The notes below the pieces were generated by a model that saw only the letters and a list, made by a program, of their open reading frames with translations, had not been told where the DNA came from and did not search any database. A DNA stretch of 64,000 bases, from NCBI GenBank assembly GCA_030602345.1, contig JAUVZX010000004.1, forward strand, positions 202-64,201, written 5' to 3'. The position numbers were made by a program, and so were the translations under genes. Below, piece after piece: positions 23,242-31,335 of the stretch. The stretch comes from Bacilli bacterium (lineage in GTDB: Bacteria; Bacillota_I; Bacilli_A; RF39; UBA660). Numbering within the stretch: position 1 is the first letter of the stretch; every line of letters begins with the position of its first letter.

Positions 23242-23847
23242 ATGAAAAAATTTTTAAGTTTAATATTAATAATAGTTATAATAGTAGGAGCATATTTCTT
23301 ATTTATTGTTGTTCCTAAACAACAAATTTTAAAAGGATGGCATGTTGAGGTAACAACTGATGTACTTAATTTAAGAGATACTCCAGAACCATGGGGTGTA
23401 AAATTAGGAGAAGTTAAAAAAGGACAAGTATATGAAGTTTTAGAAATGAATTTAGAAGATAGTAAGTTCTTTTGGTATAGAATTAAAATAAAAAGAAATA
23501 AAAAAGGGTGGATAGCTAATCCCCGTGTCACTTTAGATTACTTAAAAGATAATAACAACCCAGAGGATATTGCTCCTCCTTCAATTAAAATATTTGATAA
23601 TGAATATAAGGTCAATAAAATAGAAGACATTGATTATAAACACCTTGAAGTGAGAGATGATAAGGGTATAGAGAGTATAACTCATATTGTTTATCATGAA
23701 TATAAACCGAAAGAAGACATTGATCAATATTGGATAGTTTATACTGCAATTGATATTTCTGGTAAAAAAACGAGTAGAACCCAAAGTATAGAGTTTGAAA
23801 AAAGACCTTCAAAGAGTCAAGTAGTAGATTTTGAACTTAGAAAATAA
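23242..23847 (+). CDS. membrane-anchored SH3b + Ig-like domain protein; paralog of 298..939
   Basis: 201 aa. TM, GWHVEVTTDVLNLRDTPEPWG..GQVYEVLEM..WYRIKI..GWIANP, then DIAPPSI..YWIVYTAIDISGKKTSRTQSIEFE. Confidence 0.6.
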   Translation: MKKFLSLILIIVIIVGAYFLFIVVPKQQILKGWHVEVTTDVLNLRDTPEPWGVKLGEVKKGQVYEVLEMNLEDSKFFWYRIKIKRNKKGWIANPRVTLDYLKDNNNPEDIAPPSIKIFDNEYKVNKIEDIDYKHLEVRDDKGIESITHIVYHEYKPKEDIDQYWIVYTAIDISGKKTSRTQSIEFEKRPSKSQVVDFELRK

Positions 23848-23869
23848 AAAAACCTTTCGGTTTTTTTTA
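23845..23869. terminator. weak bidirectional terminator-like hairpin
   Basis: AAAAAACC-TTTC-GGTTTTTT between convergent genes. Confidence 0.45.
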
Positions 23870-24055
23870 TTTTGCTATCATACATTTTTCTAAAATATTA
23901 GAATATCTTTGTTCTATACGAGACAATTCATTTGCGAAAAAAGAGTATTCATTTTTCATATTTGGATCTAAACTATTGAATTCATCTTTCATAGTAGTAA
24001 TTTTTTCTTTTAGATCACTTAAAATCAACTCAATATTAATATCTTTCATCTTCAT
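23867..24055 (-). CDS. small hypothetical coiled-coil protein
   Basis: 62 aa ORF with GGAGAA RBS upstream on the minus strand. No recognisable motif. Confidence 0.4.
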   Translation of the reverse strand: MKMKDINIELILSDLKEKITTMKDEFNSLDPNMKNEYSFFANELSRIEQRYSNILEKCMIAK

Positions 24056-24216
24056 AACAAGTTCTCCTTTGACAAATATAGTACTATATATTTTTATTTT
24101 GTCAAATTATGATTATTTTTATTAAGTATATTTTCAAATTATTTAGTATAGATAATTATAATTTTTTTCTTGTAACTATGCTTAAGATAATATATTATAT
24201 ATGGCAAGAGGATTTT

Positions 24217-25496
24217 ATGAATATTATAGATATAATTGCAAAAAAAAAAGATAAGTTAAAATTAAATGAAAATGAAATAAAGTTTGTTATTGATTCATAT
24301 GTGAAAGAGAAAATTTCTGATGCACAAATGTCGGCCTTACTGATGGCTATATACATTAATGGTATGGATGGTGAAGAAACAGCTTATTTAACTAAATATA
24401 TGGCTTTATCAGGCGAATTAGTGGATTTAAGCAATGTTAAAGGAATAACAGTAGATAAACTTCTACTGGTGGTGTTGGCGATAAGACAAGCTTAATTATA
24501 TGTCCTATTGTTGCATCACTGGGTGTTAAGGTGGCAAAGTTTACTGGCAGATCTTTAGGATTTACTGGAGGAACAATCGATAAATTAGAGTCTATACCTG
24601 GTTTTAGAACATCTCTTACAAAAGAAGAAATATATAAACAATTGAATGAAATAGGAGTTTGTATTGCAGGTGCTACTGCTAATATTGCTCCTGCTGATAA
24701 AAAAATATATGTTTTAAGAGATCAAACTGCAACAATTGATAACATAGCTTTAGGAGCATCTAGCATAATGTTTAAAAAATTAGCAATTGGAGCCCAAAAT
24801 ATAGTACTTGATGTAAAAACAGGAACAGGCGCCTTTATGCAATCGGAGTCAAGAGCGGAAGAATTAGCATACACAATGGTTGAAATAGGGAAACTATCAA
24901 ATAGAAATATTATTGCTATGGTAACAGATATGAATCAGCCACTGGGTAGAAATATTGGTAATCATTTAGAAGTTATAGAAGCGATTGAAGTTTTAGAAGG
25001 AAGATGACCAGAAGATCTTAGAGAAATATGTATTGAGATTTCTACTAATATGATTTGCATGAGTAAGAACATCAATTATGATGAAGCTAAGCAACAAGTA
25101 ATTTCAGTTTTGGATAATAAGATGGCACTTAATAAGTTTCATGAATTAATTAATTTTCAAGGAGGAATAATCAAAGATTTTTATAATCAAAAGACTCCTA
25201 AAAATATTGTTAAATTATATTCTAAAAACAAAGGATATATTTTAACTATGGATACTGCTAAAATCGGAGAAATCAGTCATAAATTAGGACGAATTGATAG
25301 AAATTCAATCGATTATATGGCAGGAATTATTGTAAATAAAAAAATAGGAGATTATGTTGAAGAAAATTCTCTTTTAGCTACTTTTTTTACGAACATAAAT
25401 GAATATGATGATTTAATCTTAGATTATATGAATTCTTTAACTTATGGTCAAAATATAATAGATAGACCTCAACTTATTAAAAAAATAATAAAATAA
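24217..25496 (+). pseudogene. pdp: pyrimidine-nucleoside phosphorylase, disrupted by a 1-nt deletion and an in-frame TGA
   Basis: Three collinear ORFs (24109.., 24531.., 25050..). True start ATG 24217 (MNIIDIIAKKKD), RBS AAGAGGA. Frame breaks at 24460/24461 inside VDK(H)STGGVGDKTS (CAT reads C-T). TGA at 25005-25007 sits where a Gly codon is expected (LEGR*PEDL). Confidence 0.8.
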
Positions 25497-25521
25497 AAAA
25501 TCTACATTAGTAGATTTTTTC
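25495..25521. terminator. bidirectional terminator hairpin
   Basis: AAAAATCTAC-ATTA-GTAGATTTTT between convergent genes. Confidence 0.65.
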
Positions 25522-25974
25522 ATTCGGATTTAACCATATATTATTTGCTTCATCAATACTCAATAATTGTTTGTTCTCATCTTCAATTAAGTATAAGTCT
25601 ATTAATTCATTATTGAAAGTATGTCTGACTTTTAAATTTCTAAAACGTCTTATTAATAATTCGCAAAATATTTTATAACTCATTATACTTTGATTTTTTA
25701 TTAAAGCTTCGATATCTTCATACATTATTTTTTTAATCGTATTTTCATCAAAAATATCTTTTGCAGCTTCGGTCAAAAGTATATACATATCTCTTTCTTC
25801 AAAAGAATCAGGGGTATTGCCTGTTAATTCAGAAAGAACTTCTTTTACAACTTCTAGTGAAGGAATTTGATCTTCCTGTTTAATATTTCTGCAATATCCT
25901 TTTGATCCTGCTATTATTTTCCAAGAATCAAAAGAAATGACTTTTTGGATACCATTTATATATTTTTTACTCAT
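25507..25974 (-). CDS. hypothetical protein
   Basis: Start trimmed to MSKKYING (ATG 25972-25974 on the minus strand), preceded by an AGGAGGA RBS. Confidence 0.5.
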   Translation of the reverse strand: MSKKYINGIQKVISFDSWKIIAGSKGYCRNIKQEDQIPSLEVVKEVLSELTGNTPDSFEERDMYILLTEAAKDIFDENTIKKIMYEDIEALIKNQSIMSYKIFCELLIRRFRNLKVRHTFNNELIDLYLIEDENKQLLSIDEANNIWLNPNEKIY

Positions 25975-26052
25975 AAGTCCTCCTGTGCCACATATATTAC
26001 CACTTATTAAAAAAATAATCAATTTTTTGATATAATATTATTAGGTGATAGT

Positions 26053-26649
26053 ATGAAAAAAATAATATTAGTCGTAAGTATACTAGTTTTAATAATTATT
26101 TTAAGCATTAAACAAAATTTTGTGCCTAACTTTTCTTATTTGTACTCATTTGTTAAAAGTGAAGGAGTAGAGACTTATAAATATATAACATTGGCATCAA
26201 GGAAGAGTTATGAAAAATATTTAACTAAGAATATTGAAATATTACAATCTTGCTATGATGAATCTTATTATTATGATGAAGATGAGAATATTACATATTT
26301 AAAGTATGAGTATAAGAAATTATTTATTATAAACATTATAGAAATCAAAATAGTTAGAGAAGATTATTGTAAAGATGCACTTGTCTTGAAAAAAGATTGG
26401 ATTAATGATGTGTCAAATGTGATTGATTCAAATTTGAATTATGATAAATTATTATTAGATTTAAGAGGCAAAGAAATAACTTTTGAAGGAGTAATTGCTT
26501 TTGATGATCGTTATTTTATGCAATATAATAATTATTTTGCATATTTTATACCTTATGAAGATAAATTGGGAGTCATATTATTAGATCAAAATGATCATAA
26601 AAAGTATGGATTTTATCAAATAGATGATATATCTAAATACTTAGAATAG
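26053..26649 (+). CDS. hypothetical membrane-anchored/secreted protein
   Basis: 198 aa; N-terminal hydrophobic segment IILVVSILVLIIILSI. Confidence 0.45.
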   Translation: MKKIILVVSILVLIIILSIKQNFVPNFSYLYSFVKSEGVETYKYITLASRKSYEKYLTKNIEILQSCYDESYYYDEDENITYLKYEYKKLFIINIIEIKIVREDYCKDALVLKKDWINDVSNVIDSNLNYDKLLLDLRGKEITFEGVIAFDDRYFMQYNNYFAYFIPYEDKLGVILLDQNDHKKYGFYQIDDISKYLE

Positions 26650-26657
26650 GAGAAAAA

Positions 26658-27074
26658 ATGAAAAAATATTTTTTGTTATTTATAATAGTCATTATGTTTG
26701 TCGTGGGATTTAACTATGAAAAGATATTTGTGGTAGAAACATGCGTGAAAGCAGATGGTAATAGTTGTGAATATGTTCATAGGCAAGTTACTAAAGAGGA
26801 AGCAAGAGTATTAATTGAAGAAAAAGACGATCTTGTCATAATAGACGTTAGAACACTTCAAGAATATAATGAAGGGCATATATTGGGAGCAAAACTTTTT
26901 CCAATAGATAGTTTATATATAGATAAAGAACTATTAATGCAATATAAAGAAAAACCAGTTTTAGTATATTGCAGAACTAAAAATCGTGCGGTTCCTGCGG
27001 CAGAAGAACTAAAAAAATGGGGATTCATAGAAGTTTATACAATGATTGACGGTTATAGTACATGGAATAATTAA
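26658..27074 (+). CDS. rhodanese-domain sulfurtransferase, membrane-anchored
   Basis: LVIIDVRTLQEYNEGHILGA..PVLVYCRTKNRAVPAAEELKKWGF; active-site loop CRTKNR. Confidence 0.75.
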   Translation: MKKYFLLFIIVIMFVVGFNYEKIFVVETCVKADGNSCEYVHRQVTKEEARVLIEEKDDLVIIDVRTLQEYNEGHILGAKLFPIDSLYIDKELLMQYKEKPVLVYCRTKNRAVPAAEELKKWGFIEVYTMIDGYSTWNN

Positions 27075-27101
27075 AATCTAGCAAATGGCTAGATTTTTTT
27101 G
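27074..27101 (+). terminator. rho-independent terminator
   Basis: ATCTAGC-AAATG-GCTAGAT followed by a T-run. Confidence 0.7.
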
Positions 27102-27124
27102 ATATAATAATAATAGGAGATAAT

Positions 27125-27781
27125 ATGGAAAATCAAATAAATAATGCATTGTCTTTTTACTATATGGCAACTCAACTTAAGTATTTAGTTAGGTCAGGAT
27201 GGTTAAGATGGAATATTTCAAAAGAAAGATTAGAGAGTGTAGCAGAGCACATATACGGAACTTGTATATTAGCTATAGCGATTGAATCAGAAATAAAATA
27301 TGATATAGATCTTGGTCGCGTTTTAAAAATGTTAGTGTTACATGAATTAGAAGAAATAATAATTGGTGATATAACACCTCATGATAATGTCAGTGATGAA
27401 CAAAAGTATAATGAAGGGATGAAAGCTGTAGAGGAAATACTTCGTCCTTTAATTAAAAAAGAAGAGTATTATAATTTAATAGATGAATTTAATAAAAAAG
27501 AAACAAATGATGGAAAATTTGCTCAATATTGTGATAAGTTAGAAGCTGATCTACAAGCAAATTATTATCATCTAAATGGATTTAGTAATATAAATAGTGA
27601 AGAAAATAAAAATATAATGAATTCACCAAAGATAACCAATTTATTAGCTAATGGAGCTACTAATTTACCCAAACTATTTATAGATTATGATATAGCAAAA
27701 TTTGATGATACATTTTCTCAAATAGCTGATTACATTAAGAAAAAGGACTGGGAGACAAAGGATGAAAACAATAATATATGA
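27125..27781 (+). CDS. HD-domain hydrolase (YfbR-like 5'-nucleotidase family)
   Basis: ESVAEHIYGT..LVLHELEEIIIGDITP..CDKLEADLQ pattern. Confidence 0.6.
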   Translation: MENQINNALSFYYMATQLKYLVRSGWLRWNISKERLESVAEHIYGTCILAIAIESEIKYDIDLGRVLKMLVLHELEEIIIGDITPHDNVSDEQKYNEGMKAVEEILRPLIKKEEYYNLIDEFNKKETNDGKFAQYCDKLEADLQANYYHLNGFSNINSEENKNIMNSPKITNLLANGATNLPKLFIDYDIAKFDDTFSQIADYIKKKDWETKDENNNI

Positions 27782-28289
27782 TAATGGTATAAAAACAGAA
27801 GATATAACGGCAACAGTTACCAGGGTGAAGGTTATGCTAATAAACGACAAAGAACAGGTTGTATTAGCTTATAATGATAAAATATGGCAATTACCCGGGG
27901 GACACGTTGAGAATAATGAGGATTTGTCTTTAACTTTAATTAGGGAGATAGAAGAAGAAACGGGAATCAAGTTGCCAGAGTTATGCTACAAACCATTTTT
28001 AAGATTAATTCACTATACTAAGGATTATCCTTCAGTTGGAGAAAATCGTGCGACAGAAATATATTATTTTGAAGTTAGAAATAATTTTGAATTTAATTTA
28101 GATAATGTTAATTATACAGAAGAAGAAAAAAATGGTAACTTTAAACTTTATCATATTGATTTAGAGGATTTAGAGCAAACTTTATTAGAAAATTTATTTA
28201 ATCATCCTAAAAATGGTATAGTTACTAAAGAAATATTAACGGCTCTTAAAGTTTATAATGAAATGAAGAAGGAATATGAAAAACAATAA
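27762..28289 (+). CDS. NUDIX hydrolase
   Basis: Nudix box LPGGHVENNEDLSLTLIREIEEETGI. Confidence 0.8.
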   Translation: MKTIIYDNGIKTEDITATVTRVKVMLINDKEQVVLAYNDKIWQLPGGHVENNEDLSLTLIREIEEETGIKLPELCYKPFLRLIHYTKDYPSVGENRATEIYYFEVRNNFEFNLDNVNYTEEEKNGNFKLYHIDLEDLEQTLLENLFNHPKNGIVTKEILTALKVYNEMKKEYEKQ

Positions 28290-28710
28290 TTTAATAATAG
28301 ATTATATAAATCAAATAAATAAATTATATGCTGATATCGATAATTTTGTTTTTCCTGAGCCTAATGCTCTTAGAGAACAAAAAGAAGAACTTTCATTTCG
28401 CTTGATTGAATTTAATAAAATGCTAGAAACAGAAGAAATAGCAAAAATAAAGCAATATATATATTCAAAGACAAATTTTCTATATCCTAATATATATGAG
28501 GTAGGATTGAAATTGTATGAAAAAAGTTTTCAAAGAAAACTAGTTTTAAAAAAAGACGAAGATTTGCTTTTGGATAAATTAATGTTTATTGAAGCTTTAA
28601 ATTCTTTAGATTTTGAAAATGATTTTACTCCCGAGATAGAATTACTTCATCGATTAAATTTAGAAGTAAAAAACAGCATTGAAAATGAAGTTAAAAAAAA
28701 GAACCTATGA
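28276..28710 (+). CDS. hypothetical protein
   Basis: 144 aa ORF overlapping the upstream gene end. No motif recognised. Confidence 0.45.
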   Translation: MKNNNLIIDYINQINKLYADIDNFVFPEPNALREQKEELSFRLIEFNKMLETEEIAKIKQYIYSKTNFLYPNIYEVGLKLYEKSFQRKLVLKKDEDLLLDKLMFIEALNSLDFENDFTPEIELLHRLNLEVKNSIENEVKKKNL

Positions 28711-28733
28711 TATTAAATATCATAGGTTTTTAT
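28702..28733. terminator. bidirectional terminator (27-nt palindrome)
   Basis: AACCTATGATATT-A-AATATCATAGGTT flanked by an A-run and a T-run, between convergent genes. Confidence 0.7.
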
Positions 28734-29950
28734 TATAAAGTTTTTTTGTTTTGATTTAAGTATTTTTTGCTAAACATATTCATGGCATCTTCAAAAGTTG
28801 TTTTTAAAATTAAGTCTCCTGTTTGAGGAGCTTCGATTGGATAAGGTTCAAATCCATTTTCCGTATAAAAACCCTCGGGATCAATAAAGATAACTTTTTT
28901 ACCTGCTGCTCTTGCTTGTTTTTGAACTTGTCTTCTATCAGCGTGTGTACCAATACAAATCAAGCTTTTTGCATTTTCATCAAATTTAATTTCAGGTAAA
29001 TAATCATCTTTCTCATATATTCTTAAAATAAATTCATCAATGTCAAATCGTTTTACTAGTCTATCAAAATTATTATTTAAAACAGTTCCACAAAAAACAC
29101 CACTTTTATAAAGATCTGCAAAAACACGATAAGCTTTTGAAGGAGTACTTTGTACCAGTGTTTTTGGTACGTAACTAAATAGTTTATACATTTTTTCTGG
29201 TTCTGCAATTATACTAGTGATTAAATCATCCTGATCAGCAAAATAGAACTTTTTAGTTTTATGATTTTGCACTTTATAACTTTCGTGCATCATATGTAGA
29301 GGGGGAATTCCTACTTCAATAGAAGGACCGCAGCCCATTTCTATTTGTGCTGGTAAATACTCTTCTAATTCATCAATGCTATTTATGTAAGTAGGTTCTC
29401 CTCTTGTGTCAGGTTTTCTGAACATTTTAGTAGAAAGCCTCCACATTTTTTCGTTTTCTTTCTTACAATCATAACCTTTTGTTCTTATTGTAATATCTAA
29501 TGAGCTATAGTCATCTGGAAAAGTCACATTTGCCTCGACGTTTTTAGGATGAACATCATATTTAACTAGTTCTACCTCAAAATCTTCTTTTGAATATAAA
29601 TTATCATTAATTTTAGTAAAATTTGCTTCATTTAAAGCATTTAAAACTTTTTGTTCATAGTTAATAATTTCTTGTTTTTGAAAAGTATTAGATACATAAA
29701 CAAAAGTATCTGCTACTACTAAATAATGATTATCGCCATCGGTCACTGTTTTATAAGAATCATAAAACTGCACATAACGTCTTTTTTGAGTAGTTTCATC
29801 AATATAACCTGAAGCTAGTTTGTTTTCTGGACGCTGGTTTCTAAACCAAATTCCTTCAAAGTAAAACTTCCCGTCTTTTTCGGTGAAGTAATTATTGAAG
29901 AGAGTTTTTTGTTCAATTGTTAGTGGGCATACATAAAAGGGAAATTTCAT
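28733..29950 (-). CDS. SIR2-like domain protein with unknown ~190-aa N-terminal domain
   Basis: 405 aa. GCGPSIEVGIPP (compare GAGxS..GIP), TVLNNNFDRLVKRF (compare TTNYD/QNID block), LICIGTHADRRQV..GKKVIFIDPE (compare GTSL..V..IN). No HG catalytic His found in the expected place. Confidence 0.5.
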   Translation of the reverse strand: MKFPFYVCPLTIEQKTLFNNYFTEKDGKFYFEGIWFRNQRPENKLASGYIDETTQKRRYVQFYDSYKTVTDGDNHYLVVADTFVYVSNTFQKQEIINYEQKVLNALNEANFTKINDNLYSKEDFEVELVKYDVHPKNVEANVTFPDDYSSLDITIRTKGYDCKKENEKMWRLSTKMFRKPDTRGEPTYINSIDELEEYLPAQIEMGCGPSIEVGIPPLHMMHESYKVQNHKTKKFYFADQDDLITSIIAEPEKMYKLFSYVPKTLVQSTPSKAYRVFADLYKSGVFCGTVLNNNFDRLVKRFDIDEFILRIYEKDDYLPEIKFDENAKSLICIGTHADRRQVQKQARAAGKKVIFIDPEGFYTENGFEPYPIEAPQTGDLILKTTFEDAMNMFSKKYLNQNKKTL

Positions 29951-29966
29951 AGTGTTACTCCTTGTT

Positions 29967-30854
29967 TTATTTTTCTTCTTTAAATGCTTCGCTTAGTACT
30001 GTTCCAAAAGAAACAATATTTTTCATATCAGTTGGAATAATTAGTTTTGTTGCATTACCATTAGCTACATTTACTAAAGCTTCATACCCTTTTAGAGTAA
30101 GAACGCTTTCATCAATTTTAGCACTTTTCAACAATACTAATCCTTTTGCTTCTGCTTCTTTTAATTTAAGCATAGCTTCAGCCTCACCAGTTGCTTTTAA
30201 GACTTGTGATTGTTTTTCACCTTCAGCTCTTAAAATCATGCTTTCTTTTTCACCTTCAGCTCTAAGAATGCTCGAATTACGTTCACCTTCAGCTCTAAGA
30301 ATCGATTCTCTTCTTTCTCTTTCAGCTCTCATTTGTTTTTCCATAGCTTCTTGAATATCTCTAGGTGGAATAATATTTTTAACTTCTACACGATTAACTT
30401 TGATTCCCCATGGATCGGTTGCTTCATCTAAAATAGCTCTCATTTTTGAATTGATAATATCACGAGAAGTTAATGTTTGGTCTAACTCTAAATCCCCAAT
30501 TATATTTCTTAGTGTAGTAGCAGTTAAGTTTTCAATAGCACTTAATGGATAGTCAACTCCATAAGTATATAATTTAGCATCAGTTATTTGAAAATAAACA
30601 ACTGTATCAATTTGCATAGTAACGTTATCTTTAGTAATAACAGGTTGTGGAGCGAAATCTTTAACTATTTCTTTTAAAGATACTACATTTGCAATTCTAT
30701 CAATAAAAGGAATTTTGATGTGTAACCCATTTCCCCATGTTTCACTATAAGATCCTAATCTTTCTAACACAAAAGCTCTAGCTTGAGGTACAATTTTGAC
30801 GTTTGGAATAATGATAATAAATATTAATAATAATAAAATAAATAAAAAATCCAT
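29967..30854 (-). CDS. SPFH/band-7 (stomatin-like) membrane protein
   Basis: 295 aa. N-terminal TM, VPQARAFVLERLG, DPWGIKVNRVEVKNI, C-terminal ILRAEGE repeats. Confidence 0.85.
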   Translation of the reverse strand: MDFLFILLLLIFIIIIPNVKIVPQARAFVLERLGSYSETWGNGLHIKIPFIDRIANVVSLKEIVKDFAPQPVITKDNVTMQIDTVVYFQITDAKLYTYGVDYPLSAIENLTATTLRNIIGDLELDQTLTSRDIINSKMRAILDEATDPWGIKVNRVEVKNIIPPRDIQEAMEKQMRAERERRESILRAEGERNSSILRAEGEKESMILRAEGEKQSQVLKATGEAEAMLKLKEAEAKGLVLLKSAKIDESVLTLKGYEALVNVANGNATKLIIPTDMKNIVSFGTVLSEAFKEEK

Positions 30855-30855
30855 A

Positions 30856-31269
30856 TTATTTCTCCATTCTTTCTACTTCTAGTTTTACACCATCTATATT
30901 TAAGATAGTGACAAACTCATCTTTTTTTATTTTTTGTTTTGAAAAAGCTGTCCATCTTTTTCCGTCCACCTTAACTTCACCAGTTGTTGGAGTTATTTCT
31001 TCTGTAACAATTCCTCTCATTCCAACTACTCGATCAAGGTTTGTTTTAGCGTGTGTAATTTTCAATTTCTTCTCTAACCAACTCTTTGTTGTAATTAATA
31101 AAAAAGTCCCTAGCAGAACAAAAACTGCAAATTCTAGATAAAAATTATCAACAAATATTGATAGTATTAATGAAAATAAAGCACTGACTAAAAACCATAT
31201 TACTACTAAATTAGCAGTAGCTGCTTCAATCATCGTTAATAAAACAATAATTAATAACCAAAAATACAT
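30856..31269 (-). CDS. NfeD-family membrane protein (partner of the SPFH protein)
   Basis: 137 aa. Three TM helices plus an OB-like tail GMRGIVTEEITPTTGEVKVDGKRWTA. 1-nt gap to the SPFH gene. Confidence 0.8.
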   Translation of the reverse strand: MYFWLLIIVLLTMIEAATANLVVIWFLVSALFSLILSIFVDNFYLEFAVFVLLGTFLLITTKSWLEKKLKITHAKTNLDRVVGMRGIVTEEITPTTGEVKVDGKRWTAFSKQKIKKDEFVTILNIDGVKLEVERMEK

Positions 31270-31308
31270 ATATCCTCCTTAAAATTATTATACTCTAAAA
31301 CAAAAAAA

Positions 31309-31335
31309 ATAAAAACCCTATATTAGGGTTTTTAT
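31309..31335 (-). terminator. terminator hairpin after the phosphomutase gene
   Basis: AAAAACCCTA-TAT-TAGGGTTTTT palindrome overlapping the stop codon. Confidence 0.65.

Noticed and set aside
24109-24216. Upstream extension of the first pdp ORF (MIIFIKYIFKLFS...).
   Set aside because: The conserved phosphorylase N-terminus begins at MNIIDIIAKKKD (ATG 24217) with a good RBS. The extension is AT-rich promoter DNA.
24056-24216. 9-bp inverted repeat TTTGACAAA ... TTTGTCAAA upstream of pdp as a possible operator.
   Set aside because: It is a short AT-rich dyad in AT-rich DNA next to a pseudogene, and cannot be distinguished from chance by eye.
25005-25007. In-frame TGA in pdp as evidence for an alternative genetic code (TGA as Trp or Gly) or selenocysteine.
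   Set aside because: TGA is clearly a stop at many tightly coupled junctions in this window (6064-6066, 21506-21508, 40581-40583, 45887-45889, 55880-55882). The same gene also has a frameshift, and no SECIS-like context was noticed.
29962-30354. 130-aa plus-strand ORF with SPSALR-type repeats.
   Set aside because: It is antisense to the C-terminal ILRAEGE repeats of the well-supported SPFH gene, so it is a mirror-image artefact.
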